Shown here one piece after another: positions 41,201-53,423 of a stretch of DNA of 64,000 bases. Origin of the DNA: Macrostomum lignano. Its lineage: Eukaryota. How positions within the stretch are numbered: the first letter of the stretch is position 1; the number at the start of each line of letters is the position of its first letter. The stretch covers positions 1-64,000 of the forward strand of contig NIVC01002969.1 of assembly GCA_002269645.1 (NCBI GenBank). Reading direction: 5' to 3'. Position numbers and translations under genes: made by a program. The notes under the pieces are model-generated. The model was not told where the DNA came from. It did no database searches and saw nothing but the letters and a program-made list of their open reading frames with translations.

Positions 41201-44200
41201 GACATTCCAGACCAGCTTTACTTTATTGCTAATGGCTGGCGACTGAGATGCCCACTCCAGAGCCGTCTGCATCTCCAGATTTCCTCGCAATCGAACTCAC
41301 AGGTTCACAAAGTTACACAGTTCTGTGGCATTCTGTTGGTGCGTGGGTGCGTCTGAGAGCAACTCTGCGATTTTAATTTGCATAAATTAAGCCTGGCTGC
41401 CACCTCAGATTCAAGAGACAAAATGCCATCTTGATACCAGATTGCTCTTCGCCATAAGTCAGCGGATCCTCAGCTGATGGCCCATCAGTCAGCGGATCCT
41501 CAGCTGATGGTCCATCAGTCAGCGGATCCCAGACAATAGCCAATGAGTTGTTTCCCATATCGCCCAAAGCAAATTCGATGAACATCCCGCAGTCGACGGC
41601 GGCTGGTCCAGCTGGGGCGAGTTCTCCAGCTGCTCGAGCTCGTGCGGCGACGGCATCGAGATTCGAAACCGGCCCTGCACGAACCCGCCTCCCCAGTTCG
41701 GCGGGCGGCCTTGTCCGGGGAGCGCCAACGACTCGAGGTCATGCAATCTCAGGCCATGCCCGAGTGAGTGGCTAGGGGCTTCCCAGCAGTTTAATGGTGG
41801 TCGAATATCGGGATTTAATAAAAACTGCACGAGAGACCCGCAGAGACTCGAGATGTCCAATCCCGAACCCCTAAACCTTCCAGTTGACGGCCAATGGAGC
41901 GAGTGGTCCACCTTCTCTGGGTGCAGTCGCAGCTGTGGCTCCGGCAAGCAGTGGCGCGGCCGCCAGTGCGCCAGCCCGGTCCCGCAGTTTGGCGGTCTCG
42001 ACTGCCCCGGCGGAGCCAACGAGACCCGCGAGTGCAACACCAACCCTTGTCCAGGTGGGTGCTTCGCGTGGAACCAGTTTCCTGATCGAAGACTTAAATC
42101 CAGAGAAAGTAGAGAGAATCATTCGAGTAAAAGGGTTGACCACGTGTCCATTGGCAAGATAATATGACTTTTAGACTCTCTCAGCAGCCAGCCTCCCTGC
42201 ATCCGACGCCATTTTCTTGAACTTCCCTGCAGTGGACGGCGGCTGGTCTGCCTGGTCCGCCTTTGCTGACTGCAGCGTCACCTGCGGCAACGGCAGCCAC
42301 AGCCGCCAGCGCAGCTGCAGCAGCCCGGAGCCGCAGTTCGGAGGCCTCAACTGTTCTGGCAAGGCGGTCGAATTCGGCAACTGTAACCCCCGACCTTGCC
42401 CGAGTGAGTGACAGCCGCTGCTCTCCCTGCCAGCCCCACCTGCCCGAGTGAGTGACAGCCGCTGCTCTCCCTGCCAGCCCCACCTGCCCGAGTGAGTGAC
42501 AGCCGCTGCTCTCCCTGCCAGCCCCACCTGCCCGAGTGAGTGACAGCCGCTGCTCTCCCTGCCAGCCCCACCTGCCCGAGTGAGTGACAGCCGCTGCTCT
42601 CCCTGCCAGCCCCACCTGCCCGAGTGAGTGACAGCCGCTGCTCTCCCTGCCAGCCCCACCTGCCCGAGTGAGTGACAGCCGCTGCTCTCCCTGCCCAGCC
42701 CCACCTGCCCGAGTGAGTGACAGCCGCTGCTCTCCCTGCCAGCGACAGCGTGAGTGACAGCGGCAGGGGGAGCAGCGGCTATCACTCACTCGGGCAGGTG
42801 GGGCTGGGCAGGGAGAGCAGCGGCTGTCACTCACTCGGGCAGGGTGGGGATGGGTCTGGCTGCTCACTTCTTCATCGTACAGCTCACCTCCTCACATATT
42901 TGACCTTTTAATTAGCTTTCGAATCGACCAGAATTTATTACGAGCATTGAGTGCATGGTCCGGATGCGCAGTAATTAATGAGCCGTGGCAGCACTGGACA
43001 ACCTATGCACTCGCAATGGCAATTAAATCTCAGTGCTTCAAGCCAAGCCATGCCATGGAACTCTCCCGCAGTTGACGGAGCCTGGACCAGCTGGTCTGAC
43101 TACTCGGCCTGCTCGCTCACCTGCGGCAGGGGTCGCCAGTGGAGCCAGCGGAGCTGCAGCGCTCCGGAGCCGCAGTTCGGCGGGAAAAACTGCCCAGGAA
43201 ACTCCACCCGCGACCGAGCCTGCCTGGTCACTGAGTGCCCCGTGGACGGCCTCTGGGGATCCTGGGGCGCCTGGGAGAGCTGCAGCGTCACCTGCGGCAG
43301 CGGCACCGCCTGGAGGAGGCGGCACTGCGACTCCCCGGAGCCTCAGTTTGGCGGCAGCCGCTGCAGTGGTGCAGGCAACGAGAGCACGCCCTGCCATCCG
43401 GAGGACTGCCCCAGTGCGTGCTGCCGCATGGTCTTGCTTCCCATTTCCCCTGTACTCAGCGCATTTGTGCTTGGGCCATTTTCGCCTATTCCCCGCCCCC
43501 TGGTTTGTCAATTCAGCTTCACCTTGTAGACGCCGTCACCCGTTCACAGTCATCCCGCCGTTTCTTCCATATTATTTTTTTCAATTCTCCGTCATCGCCC
43601 AAATTTCAGTAAACGGCGGCTGGTCGCCCTGGTCGGAATTCACCGCCTGCTCCAGGTCTTGCGGGGGCGGCCAGCGCAGCCGCACTCGGCGGTGCGACTC
43701 CCCGCCGCCCCACGCCGGCGGCGCTGACTGCGTTGGCAGCGGAAGTGACGTCCAGGACTGCGGCACGGACCCTTGCCCAGGTCTGGCTTGTCTCCTACAA
43801 GACTATGCGATATGAGTTATGACCCCGCTGCCAACTATAGCAAGATTTTCCATCTATATTAAGCTGTTGCGTTTGTGTACGGTTGGGTTGCCAGACAGAA
43901 GAATGCCTGCAGGGCCATAGACTTCAGCAGGGGTGTAGCCAGTGAGACAAGGGTGCCGCTGATAAAACTCATGTCACCCCTTCGCAACTGATTTGGAGCC
44001 CATTCACGTCAGTTGTGGTGTCCCCTACCTGCTGATTTGGCCCCCTCACAGAAGGTGAGCCCTTGGTGCCCCTTGATGCTGGCGCCCCCTTGGTGCTAGA
44101 GCCCGTTGTTGATGGTGCTTTAGTGTCTCTGGGAGTATTTTGACCGGGTTGAAATTGCTGTCGCCAAACCGATTGAGGTGTATCGTCCTTCCTGTCTCGT

Positions 44201-47200
44201 TTTTGTTTCTGGTCTGGAAAAAGCGCAAACTTGAAATCATGAGATGCTGAAGAGAATTCACAGATGCATTTTTTATATCCGCCCTCACCCCAGTGAACGG
44301 AGGCTGGGCGCAGTGGAGCGCCTGGGGCAGCTGCTCCAGGAGCTGCGGCTCTGGCCTGGTGCAGCGCAGCCGCGGCTGCACCAACCCTGTGCCCGAATTT
44401 GGGGGCGACGACTGCGCTGGCGAGGCTGTCCAATCCACCGCCTGCGACATCCCCGCCTGCCCCGGTGAGGCCCGCCCTGCCCCCAAACACCGCCTGCGAC
44501 ATCCCCGTCTGCCCCGGTGAGGCCCGCCCTGCCCCCAAACACCACCTGCGACATCCCCGTCTGCCCCGGTGAGGCCCTCCCTGCTCTCTACCGGGTACTG
44601 CTCAGGATGACCCCTCAGCTCCCAGCTGACTTTTAAAGCTGATTAATCGGGTCGTCAGGCTGTTTAACGGCTCTGCAGCCCCGACCCACGAAGCCTCCCG
44701 AGAGTCAAAAAGTCACTGGAATCACAGAAATTCATGAGTTTTTTGTTCCATCTTTTTGTTAACTAGTTTGTTTCTTGATATTCTGTTTGACCTTTTCGTT
44801 CGCAAAGATTTACCTGTCTGCCAATCTGCCTTAAAAGCGAAGTGTAACTGAGCCGCCTGCCAATTCAATTCCATTCCCAATTCAATTCCAGTGAACGGAG
44901 GCTGGGGGGCATGGGGCCAGTGGGGCGACTGCAGCCTTAGCTGCGGTGGCGGCAACCAGCTGCGCTCTCGTCAGTGCGACTCGCCGAGACCGCAAAACGG
45001 CGGAGGAGCCTGCGTTGGCACCGCCAGTGACGGCAGGCAGTGCAACACGGACCCCTGCCCCAGTGAGTGCCCTCGTTTGTCCACACAAATTACTCATGTC
45101 TTCAGCACCACTCGACTGACTTCGGGCTTTCAACTTAGAGTTTTACCTGAAAGCAAGTCACACAGACATCCGCCCTCTCCGACTGCAGTTGACGGTGGCT
45201 GGTCAGCCTGGAGCGAGTGGTCCGGCTGCTCCACCAGCTGCGGTACCGGCAAGTCGACCAGGCAGCGCGGCTGCTCGAGCCCTGTGCCGCAGTTTGGCGG
45301 CCGGGGCTGCTCAGGCAGCGGCTCAGACATTCGCGACTGCCAACAAGGGCCCTGTCCAGGTGCGTTTCCTTGACCACTGACGTGACTTGGTCTTTCATGA
45401 ATATATCTATGTATGAAAATATTGTGGCATGGAATCGCTTCCGATTTTATGTGCTCATCAACAGTGCACGGAGGCTGGAGCGAGTGGACCGAGTTCTCGA
45501 ACTGCTCCGTAACCTGCGGCAATGGAACCCGTAGCCGGAGCCGCAGCTGCAGCAGCCCGGCCCCCCAGTACGGTGGCCGCTTTTGCCTGCCCTGCACCGC
45601 AAACCTTACCTATCCGGAGTCTGCCGACAACGCCTCTGTCTCTTTGGCAACTGTTGTCAAGGACTACGTGAGCGTTGAGGACAATTGCTCCTACAAGGGA
45701 AACTACTATGAGGTGGACGGCGATCTCATAATTTGGGACGATGACGTTCAGTACGCGAACTGCAGCATGGAGCCCTGCATATGTGAGTCACCCCATCGTA
45801 GTTCCTTTGGTCTCCCTATAAATTAGCGATAGCACATTTACTTCGCAACTCAACCCTCTCAATACGCAGCGACCCTTGCTGACAAGGCCAACAGTTTCGT
45901 TGACGAATTCCTCAAAGGCCTGAACAACTCAGGGACCAACAAATCCGTAAGTGCAGGAGAGCCCCTAGTTGCAATTTCGCTCAATTACTTTGCACCTATT
46001 TTGTAATTGCGGCTGCATCTTCTCTCTACGCTGGCCCGCAGGACTCGGAGTCTATGAAGGCCGCACAGGAGATGGTGAACAAGATTACAAACCTGTTGGC
46101 AGATCAGCTGAAGAACGCGGAGGTGGGTAAGCCTGTGATGATCGACGCCAAGGGCGTCTCCGTCGGCGTGTCGAAGGTGAACTCGTCCAACATGGCGGGC
46201 TCCGAGATGAAGTCCGGTGACAAGGGCGGCATCGTGCTGGGCGACGCAGAAGATACCGGGGTCGACGGCCAGGACGCCAGTCTGAAGTTCTCAGCCCTGG
46301 ACCCAAAGACCTTCTTCCCGGGCGCCGACAAGAAGGACCAGTCCGCGGCAGTTGTTTCCCTCAACCTGGCCCAGGGAACTGAAGTGAGTTGGGCTTTTCC
46401 CGGCCATCAGTGCTGAGCCAGAACCCAAAATGTCTCCTGGAAATCTGATTCATTTCATTATGGCAATTGATTTTAGGTGGTGAAGCCAAGCAACGCCTCA
46501 AAGGTGTCGCTAACGCTATCGCTGCCCAACCAGAACCAGGAGACCACCGAGAACCTGCTGCAGCCGGTGGCCATGAAGCGTGGCAAGCGGATGGTGCAGA
46601 AGTTCACGTTCGAGGCGGCGAACACTGCCATCAAGGTATGAGCAGCAGCGAGCCTCACTGCATTGTCTGAAAAATCGTGCTGTGAGACAGTGCGCAGAAA
46701 AGTTAGCTGAGCTCCGATGAAGAAATGAAGAAAAACCGAAAGCTCAGAGAAAAGCCGGGATGCATTAGCGGGACCTTTCAATGAATTTGCCGCCCCGCCC
46801 CTCAGGCGTCACTGGAGCTGCCATCTTCGGACTCCTACCTGATGATGTTCCGAGGCGGCGTCCCGGCCAACTTCAGCAAGCAGGCGAACTTTACGGCTTG
46901 GGTGCACTCAAACGAAACCATGAAGATCGAGACGGACGGCAGCCTGGAGGTCCGGCTGAAGTTCGACACCGCCTTGGCGGCTGCTCGGCGGCGACGGCGA
47001 CGCGAGACAGCCTCGCCGGAGAAGCCACTGACGCTGAGCGTGTTCATCCCCGGTGGCCAGATGGCGGCGGGCAGCGCCGTTTTCATGTCGCTGGAGCTCG
47101 CGGACAACGGGACGGCGGCGGCAGCCTCCGGCAGCAACGTGACGACGGAGTCGGCCAACATGAGCCTGACGGTGGGGGTGGCGTCCATTACGCCGAGGGC

Positions 47201-50200
47201 GTGGAGCGACCTGCTGGGAGGCTGGGTGGACACGGACGCAGAGGTGGCGGAGGAGTCCAGCATCGAAAAGATGGTGTTCAAGAGCAACTTCTTCGGCTCG
47301 TACTCGGGCAAGATGTTCATCGCGCCCAACACCATCAATTTTGCCACCGTTTTCAACAACTTCGCGGGCAAGCTGGCTGAGAACTTTGTCACGCTGTTGG
47401 TGCTGTGTCTCATCATAGGCATCTACGTGGTCGTCTCCGTCTGGATGTGGCGACTGGACCGACAGGAGGCTGCCAATGTAAGTGCCAGCAGGCTGGGACT
47501 ACGGCAAATTTGGATTACTTGCCACTGGGTCTCCGCATGTATAGGCCTTATTAGGCAGTGTCGGTGTTACGTTGAACATATGTGGTACAGTCACACAGTA
47601 TAAATTCCCTTAAGCTGTGCACAAAGGCTGCCTGAGCAATAATAAAGATCTAAGGATGATTTGGATTGCCAGAGTGAGCTAAGGGGACAGTGGCTAAGTG
47701 TTCTATTAACATATTTATTTGAGAGTTAACGCAAGCGCTAGTTTCTCTGAGATGGAAGAGTTTTGTTTTTACTGCAAAATTTATACTTTTTATTTCGAGG
47801 CTATGAGCTAAGTAGCCGATCTTTGTACACACTGCATGCTTCAACAAATGGAATGATTGGCACAGCATGCGGTCTCAACCCAATCCACTCACTCAGCTGC
47901 GGTATGAGCCCCTGGAGGACAACGAGTTCGACAATGACTACACCTTCATCATCAGCGTGTACACCGGGGACGAGTCCGGCGCCGACACCACCTCGAATGT
48001 GTTCATCAACCTTGCGGGCACCTGGGGCTCTTCTGGCCCCAGCCAGCTGTCTGACGGAGTGCGCCAGAACTTCTCCCGCGGCTCCGTCTGCAACTTCGCA
48101 ATGACCACCAGGGCTCCTCTCGGCGAGTTGCGCGGCCTGAAGGTCTGGCACGACAACAGCGGCAAAAAGCCGGGCTGGTTCCTGGAGAAGATACTCATCG
48201 AGGACCTGCAGACCAAGAAGAAGTGAGTTTCTTCTTGTCTTTCTTCCTGTCTAGCTCGTGTTCAGCATGTCCGCCCTTTTGCCGCTTGGCTGGTTTGTTG
48301 CTTTTACATGTAACACTGTGTGGTGGCTTTCAAACTGGATCATCGTTTCAGATGTATCTGTATATGCTCATATTAGTCATGAGTCTCTCCTCGGAACACT
48401 GCGATTCCGGTGGAGGTTCATAGTTTTCGAGGAATGCACAGGAACCCACTAAATGCCCACGAATTTCACTATTTCAGGAAACTTCACATCTTTAAAATGC
48501 TGGCCTATTTTCATAACCCTTAATTCTGGGCATATCAGGGTGTAAAGAAAGCAAAATTAGGGATAGAATTAGGGATAGAAGATGGAAAAATTTATTTGAA
48601 TAGTACAAAGCCTAGCGATTTTTACGCCTTCCACTAAATTCATTGCTAAGTCTACGACAATGCGACAATTTAGCCAATTTAGCACAAGACGTTCAATCTT
48701 GTGCTGAACACAGTCTGAATCTGCAAATTCCTTGCCCAAACTCACCTGCAGCTATGTCTTCATGTGCGATCAGTGGCTGGCTGAAAACAAGTTTGACAGC
48801 CGTACCATGCGGGTGCTGCCCGAGGTGAAGCAGGACCAGCGCTTCCAGGAGATGATGCTGCGGTACAAGGCGGGCGGGGTGGTCAACAAGCACGTGATCA
48901 CGGCGCTTTTCCGCAAGACCGGCCAGTCTAACTACTCCCGGCTGCAGCGCACAGGTGTGGCCAACGCCATGTTCTTCCTCACAATGGTGTGCAATGCCAT
49001 GTGGTACGGCAAGGGAGACGACCTGGATGCCGAGGCTAACTTCAGCATCGACCTCGGCCCGATTTCGGTCACCTGGTTCCAGCTGTACTCTGGCATTCTC
49101 TCCATGGCCATCACCTACCCCTGCATCTTCGCGGCGGCTGAAATCTTCCGCCGAACAAAGAAATGGCAGCGTCGCTGGAGCGAGGACGATGTGGAGAGCA
49201 AGAAGAAGGAAATTCGGCTGCCCAAGGGCTTCCTGGTCATCGGCTGGGGCCTCCTGCTCCTGGGCGTAGGGCTGAGTTTCTTCTTCACCTTCCTTTACAG
49301 CATCGAATGGGGCAAGGAAAAGGCCAACGGCTGGCTCAAGAGCTTCTTCCTGGGAATCCTGCAGTTGGTGGTGGTCACAGATCCCATCTGCCTGCTTATC
49401 GTGTTCGTCGTGGCCAAGAAGATCTTCGGCCAGAAAGAGTCGGAGGAAAACGTCTTCGAGCTGGATGATCTCATTAATGATGATCTCAAGCAGGTGAGGA
49501 GCCGAAACGATATGTTAATTGGTGGTAGTTATAGATAATTTAGTTCCGTATCTCTATTCTTGTAGCTATCTTTGAAAAGCTACAGCAATAAATGCTATTT
49601 GATGTATCTTCCTTCATGCGGCATTTGTCTGTCCTCGCTCCGATCACAACAGTTGCTGCCATCTAAATGGTGCTTCCACAACTCATGCCACACCTTACAC
49701 ACTTTCAGGTCCTGGATGGCACTGAATACGCTCCCCCGGACCCGACTCGGATGGAGGAAATCCGAGCTGAGCGCCGAAACAACCAGAAGATGTCGCAGAC
49801 ATTCACGGACGTGATGTCCTATGTGGTGTACATGTTCCTCCTCGTCGCTCTGGCTTACGACTCACGTGACCAGGTCAGCTTCCGCCAGAACCAAAACTTA
49901 AAAGACCAATTCCTCACGGCCGCGCCAACCCGGTTCAATGACTTTAAGCACGTTTTCGACTGGCTGAATGGCAGCATCGTGCCCAGACTGTACCGAACCA
50001 CCGAATACAACGGCGAACCACTCACTGGAGACCTCAAAGATGCGATCGACACGTGTGACTGCATCAAGCAGGGACCATTCAGGCTGAGGCAGCTGAGGGT
50101 CAATCCACGTGAGTCTAGGCTTTCCTAGTTGAAAATATTTGGGACTTATAGGATCCACTGCTTCTGGGGTTGCCACTGGATGGATTTAGCAGGTGGCTGC

Positions 50201-53200
50201 AGCAACCAGCCCTATCTCCCACAGGCAAGTGCCCGGTAACGTGGCCGTTCAAGGCGTACCCCAGAAATCGTGGATCTGCTCATCGGACTTCTCTCCCCAA
50301 GCGGCGGACCAGGCGGTTTACCGTCCGCTGTGGCTGCCCGACAGCAACGGCTGGGTGCGGAATGCGTCATTGCAAATGCGGGCAAAGTCGCAGATCAAGC
50401 GAATGCGGCCGGATGAAATCGTTCTACAAGCCTTTTGGTACCGTAGCGCTGACTCCATGATGAGCTTCCCGTTCGAGGGCGCCTTCACAACCTACCCGGG
50501 TGATGGCTATGCAGCCACGCTCGGGCTCAACAGTGCTGAGGCCATGTGAGTCCCAAACTCAAACGCTCACGCTGCTGAACGCTGTAGTTTTGTGAAAAGT
50601 GGCGGTGTGAAAAACTTGCAAAAAAGAAGCATATTCTCCCTGGTTTGAAGCGAAATGCATACAAACGCCTTAAAACTTTTTTCGTTTTTTTCCTATCGTG
50701 GACCCACAGGTGGATCATCAACCGGCTGCGGGCCACCAACTGGTTGGACGAGAAGACTCGAGCCATGTTCCTGGAGGGCACGGTGTACAACGCCAACACC
50801 AACCTGTTCACCACCATACAGATCCTGTTGGAGTTCCCGGCCGCAGGCGGAATTCTCACCTACAAGAACGGAGTCCGCACCTACCGCCTGTACAACTACA
50901 CCGGCGGCAAAGGCATCATCCTCATGGCCATGCAGGGCCTGTTCGCCCTCATCTGCCTGTACCAGATCTATCGGGAGACGCGCAGCCTTCTCACGCTACG
51001 ACTCAAGTACTTCGATGACCTGTGGAACAAGATCGAGTTCGTTAACATCCTGCTGTGCATCACAATCATGATCACGTACGGCATCCGCATCAAAATCACC
51101 ATCGACTCCATCGAGCTGATGATGAACAATAGGGGTGAGGGGCGGTGCTCGATTTAGTGAATTTGTTGTGAATTCTATTCCTGGCTGCGTGGCGTTTAAA
51201 CTTTTTGTTTTGCTAGGCGGAAAAACACGCTGTTGTCACAATAACTCAACAGAAGTTCTAAAACAGCACAATTCCATCCCTTCAGCATGCTGTTGTTTCC
51301 CTGCGTCCCTTCAGTCCTCAGTTTAAGTTGTTGCCGTGTTTCATACACTAGTGCTTGGGAAAAAATGCTGGAGAACAACAGACAGCTGTATTAATTCCCT
51401 TTCCCACAGGAATGTACGTGGCTTTCGACAACGTTATTGAGTGGGTAGAGGCAACATGCGTGGCCATGGCTCTAAGTGTGTTCCTCACGATCTTCCGGGT
51501 GCTGAAGTTCTTGGGCTTCAACAAGCACATCGCCATCCTGCTCGCCACCGTGAAGCAGTGCGCCCGCCAGTTGTCCTCGTTCGGCGTCGCCTTCGTGCTG
51601 ATCATGGCGGCCTTCCTGTCGGCTGGCACGATCCTGTTCTCGTTCACCGAGGCCAGCTTTGCCTCCGTGCTGTCCAGCTGCCGTTCGCTCTTCACTACCG
51701 CACTCGGCATTCAGGGTTACACGCAGATCTTCGTCAACAGCCAGGGCACGACTGCCAGCCTCATCTTTTTTGGCGGCTGGTCTTGCCTGGCGGTCTTTTT
51801 TCTGGTGTCAGTCTTCGTGTCCATCCTCACCGACACCTACAGCGTCGTGGTCAGCGACGGCCTCTATAGCTACGATGAGGAGTTTGTCAACCACATGTGG
51901 AGCAAGTGAGCAAAGTGGTCAAGTGCACCTACTCCCGAATGTGTTAAGTGTAGTTGGTAGGAACTGGTCTTCGAAGAGTTTTGGAGCACATGGAATGTTG
52001 TACGCTGGTGGTGTTCATGGATTAGTCCGGTCCATGTGTTAGTGTGCTATGCACTGGTCTGGCGTATTTGCGTGCCAATCTGTTGGGGCTTTAACTACAT
52101 ACTTACAGCATGTGTCGCTAGGCTAACCAGCCTTGATCATTCATTTACCTCATATTGGAATCCAAAATGCACTATGCTGCAAAATCATGCTTTCGAAACT
52201 ACAGATTTATGGGTACTATGGCCAGCATTACGTCAAAGAAGGACGCGCTGGGCGAGGCGCTGCAGAAGAGTGTCAGCGCTGTCAAGCGTCGAATGGGTGA
52301 GCCTAAGTTCAAGGATCAGATGCATAACAATCCGTTGCTTTCACTGCTGCTAATTTCTTTTCGCAGTGACGGAGGAAGACATCGAGATTCAGCTTAATGA
52401 GGACCGGCGCCAGGAGTCCGTTGGCGGGGCCGAGGAGAGCTCTGGCGGCAAAAAGGCAAAAGACAGTAAGCCTTGCTCAGTTCTTGGAGCCGGAGACTAC
52501 TCGTATTTATGGATGTACTAATTAGACATAGCTCGTAAAAGTATCTCCAGCACAGCATGTTAAAAGTTCGCGTTTGCGGGTTCGCTCAAATTAGCAAGTA
52601 TCCACAGAATGACACGTGCAAACATATAAAAAGTGCTCTCGAACATAAAGAGCATGTAACCCTACATCTCCCCTTCTCCCCTGGCCCGCAGTCAACCCCG
52701 GGCTCAAGATGAAGCTAGCGGTGGTAAACAGGGACAAGCCGGAGACCGGAGAAAGCTACGTCTGGACGCCCAAAGAGACGGGAGACGAGGTGCTCGTTGA
52801 CGCCGGCGAGCTGAGCGCCGTTGCCACAGAGGACGCGGAGCCGGACTGGATCCCCAGGTTCAAGTCAACCGCACTGGACTTGCAGCCGCCAGGACTTGAC
52901 GACAGCGGGGCGTCGGCTTTCCGCTTTGACCCGCTGGGCGACAGCGCCAGGTCTGGCCTGCACCTTCTGCCGTCGAAGCCTTCCGCATTGCCACCACTGC
53001 AGGTGAGTTGCTTTGGTGTGCAAAAAGATAGCGATCAGAGTCAATTACAGCTTCGAGCGCGTCCATGAGTGAATCCTTAGCTCAGTGGCAAGGACTCAGA
53101 ACCGGCCGTCCTGGCATTTCGCGTTTAAATCTTACTATTAGACAAACTTACGCTCGTAAAAGCTCACAATAAGGTTTTAGGAGAATGAATTTGGGTGCTT

Positions 53201-53423
53201 CTCTGGATGATTAAAATACTTTAGCATATTCGTACTACATTTATCCCAAAATTGCACTGTAGCTAAAAGTTCAGTAACTGATCAAACTTGAATTTGCTCA
53301 TGCGCTCTGTCTCGACAGGCTGATGAAAAAAAGGCGAAAAAGAAATCCAAGAAGGACAAGCGGCAGCCTGGCTCAGGCTCTGGTACTGATGAGACGCCGA
53401 AGCAGCTAGACTCGGAGATTTAA
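35212..53423 (+). CDS. Polycystin-1-like (PKD1L) 11-TM protein, ~2450 aa, 30 exons: signal peptide, N-terminal PLAT-like domain, 13 TSP1 repeats, GAIN-like region with degenerate GPS, TM1, PLAT, TM2-5, TOP domain, channel TMs, acidic/basic tail; one 1-bp deletion at C-run 50259-50262
   Basis: Exons 35212-35290, 36107-36257, 36526-36622, 36904-36985, 37488-37664, 39080-39250, 39551-39721, 41593-41763, 41884-42054, 42233-42403, 43072-43413, 43610-43780, 44294-44464, 44892-45062, 45189-45359, 45465-45782, 45870-45946, 46042-46383, 46477-46635, 46806-47477, 47897-48222, 48752-49493, 49709-50108, 50225-50545, 50710-51134, 51410-51905, 52205-52296, 52367-52465, 52692-53002, 53319-53423; all GT-AG and phase-consistent after adding 1 nt. 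Motifs APNTINF, SVYTG...ADTTSNV...[62 protein letters not shown]. Confidence 0.92.
35419..35870 (+). mobile_element. Mariner transposase fragment whose first part is amplified as a 38-bp minisatellite (9 full copies + partial, 35419-35788)
   Basis: Last copy reads ...TKCQSLEWR then [15 protein letters not shown], matching mariner ETKxQSxEWR and SKxKVMLxVFFDxxG motifs; lies in intron 1 of the polycystin-like gene. Confidence 0.6.
36241..36490 (+). repeat. 62-65-bp tandem repeat (4 copies) spanning the exon 2 donor of the polycystin-like gene
   Basis: ATGTTCACACCGGGAAA|GTGAG at 36241, 36303, 36367, 36432. Confidence 0.95.
36986..37487 (+). repeat. 55-56-bp minisatellite (~9 copies) making up essentially all of intron 4
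   Basis: GTGAGCACTGACACTGTGCTGTCCTGCTCCATGCTATGACATTCCCATGACCCAT. Confidence 0.95.
37697..38861. repeat. 20-bp minisatellite GGGCATGCAACTGGGTAGCT, split by an AT-rich ~140-bp insert (37912-38051)
   Basis: About 50 copies with position-clustered variants. Confidence 0.95.
40120..41117. repeat. 71-bp minisatellite (~14 copies)
   Basis: TGCTGGCCCTCAATGTGGACTGCAGCTTCAGTAGCTCTGGCACAAATCCTCAAGCAATTCTGTCCATGATC; starts 40141, 40212... Confidence 0.95.
41457..41530. repeat. 30-bp tandem repeat (~2.5 copies)
   Basis: GTCAGCGGATCCTCAGCTGATGGCCCATCA. Confidence 0.85.
42390..42846. repeat. 44-bp minisatellite spanning a TSP-exon donor (8 donors), followed by ~2 inverted copies
   Basis: GTGAGT at 42404, 42448, 42492, 42536, 42580, 42624, 42668, 42713; reverse-complement copies at ~42762-42846. 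Confidence 0.95.
44437..44577 (+). repeat. 52-bp tandem repeat (3 donors) spanning a TSP-exon donor
   Basis: ACCGCCTGCGACATCCCCGYCTGCCCCG|GTGAGG with donors at 44465, 44517, 44569. Confidence 0.95.

Noticed and set aside
43905-44240. Possible small TE insertion (CAGGGGTGTAGCCAG..., GGCGCCCCC motifs) in a polycystin intron
   Set aside because: No matching terminal repeat or TSD could be identified.
51410-51905. Stand-alone PKD2/TRPP channel gene
   Set aside because: The channel exons splice in frame to the upstream GPS-TM1-PLAT exons, giving the 11-TM PKD1-type layout.
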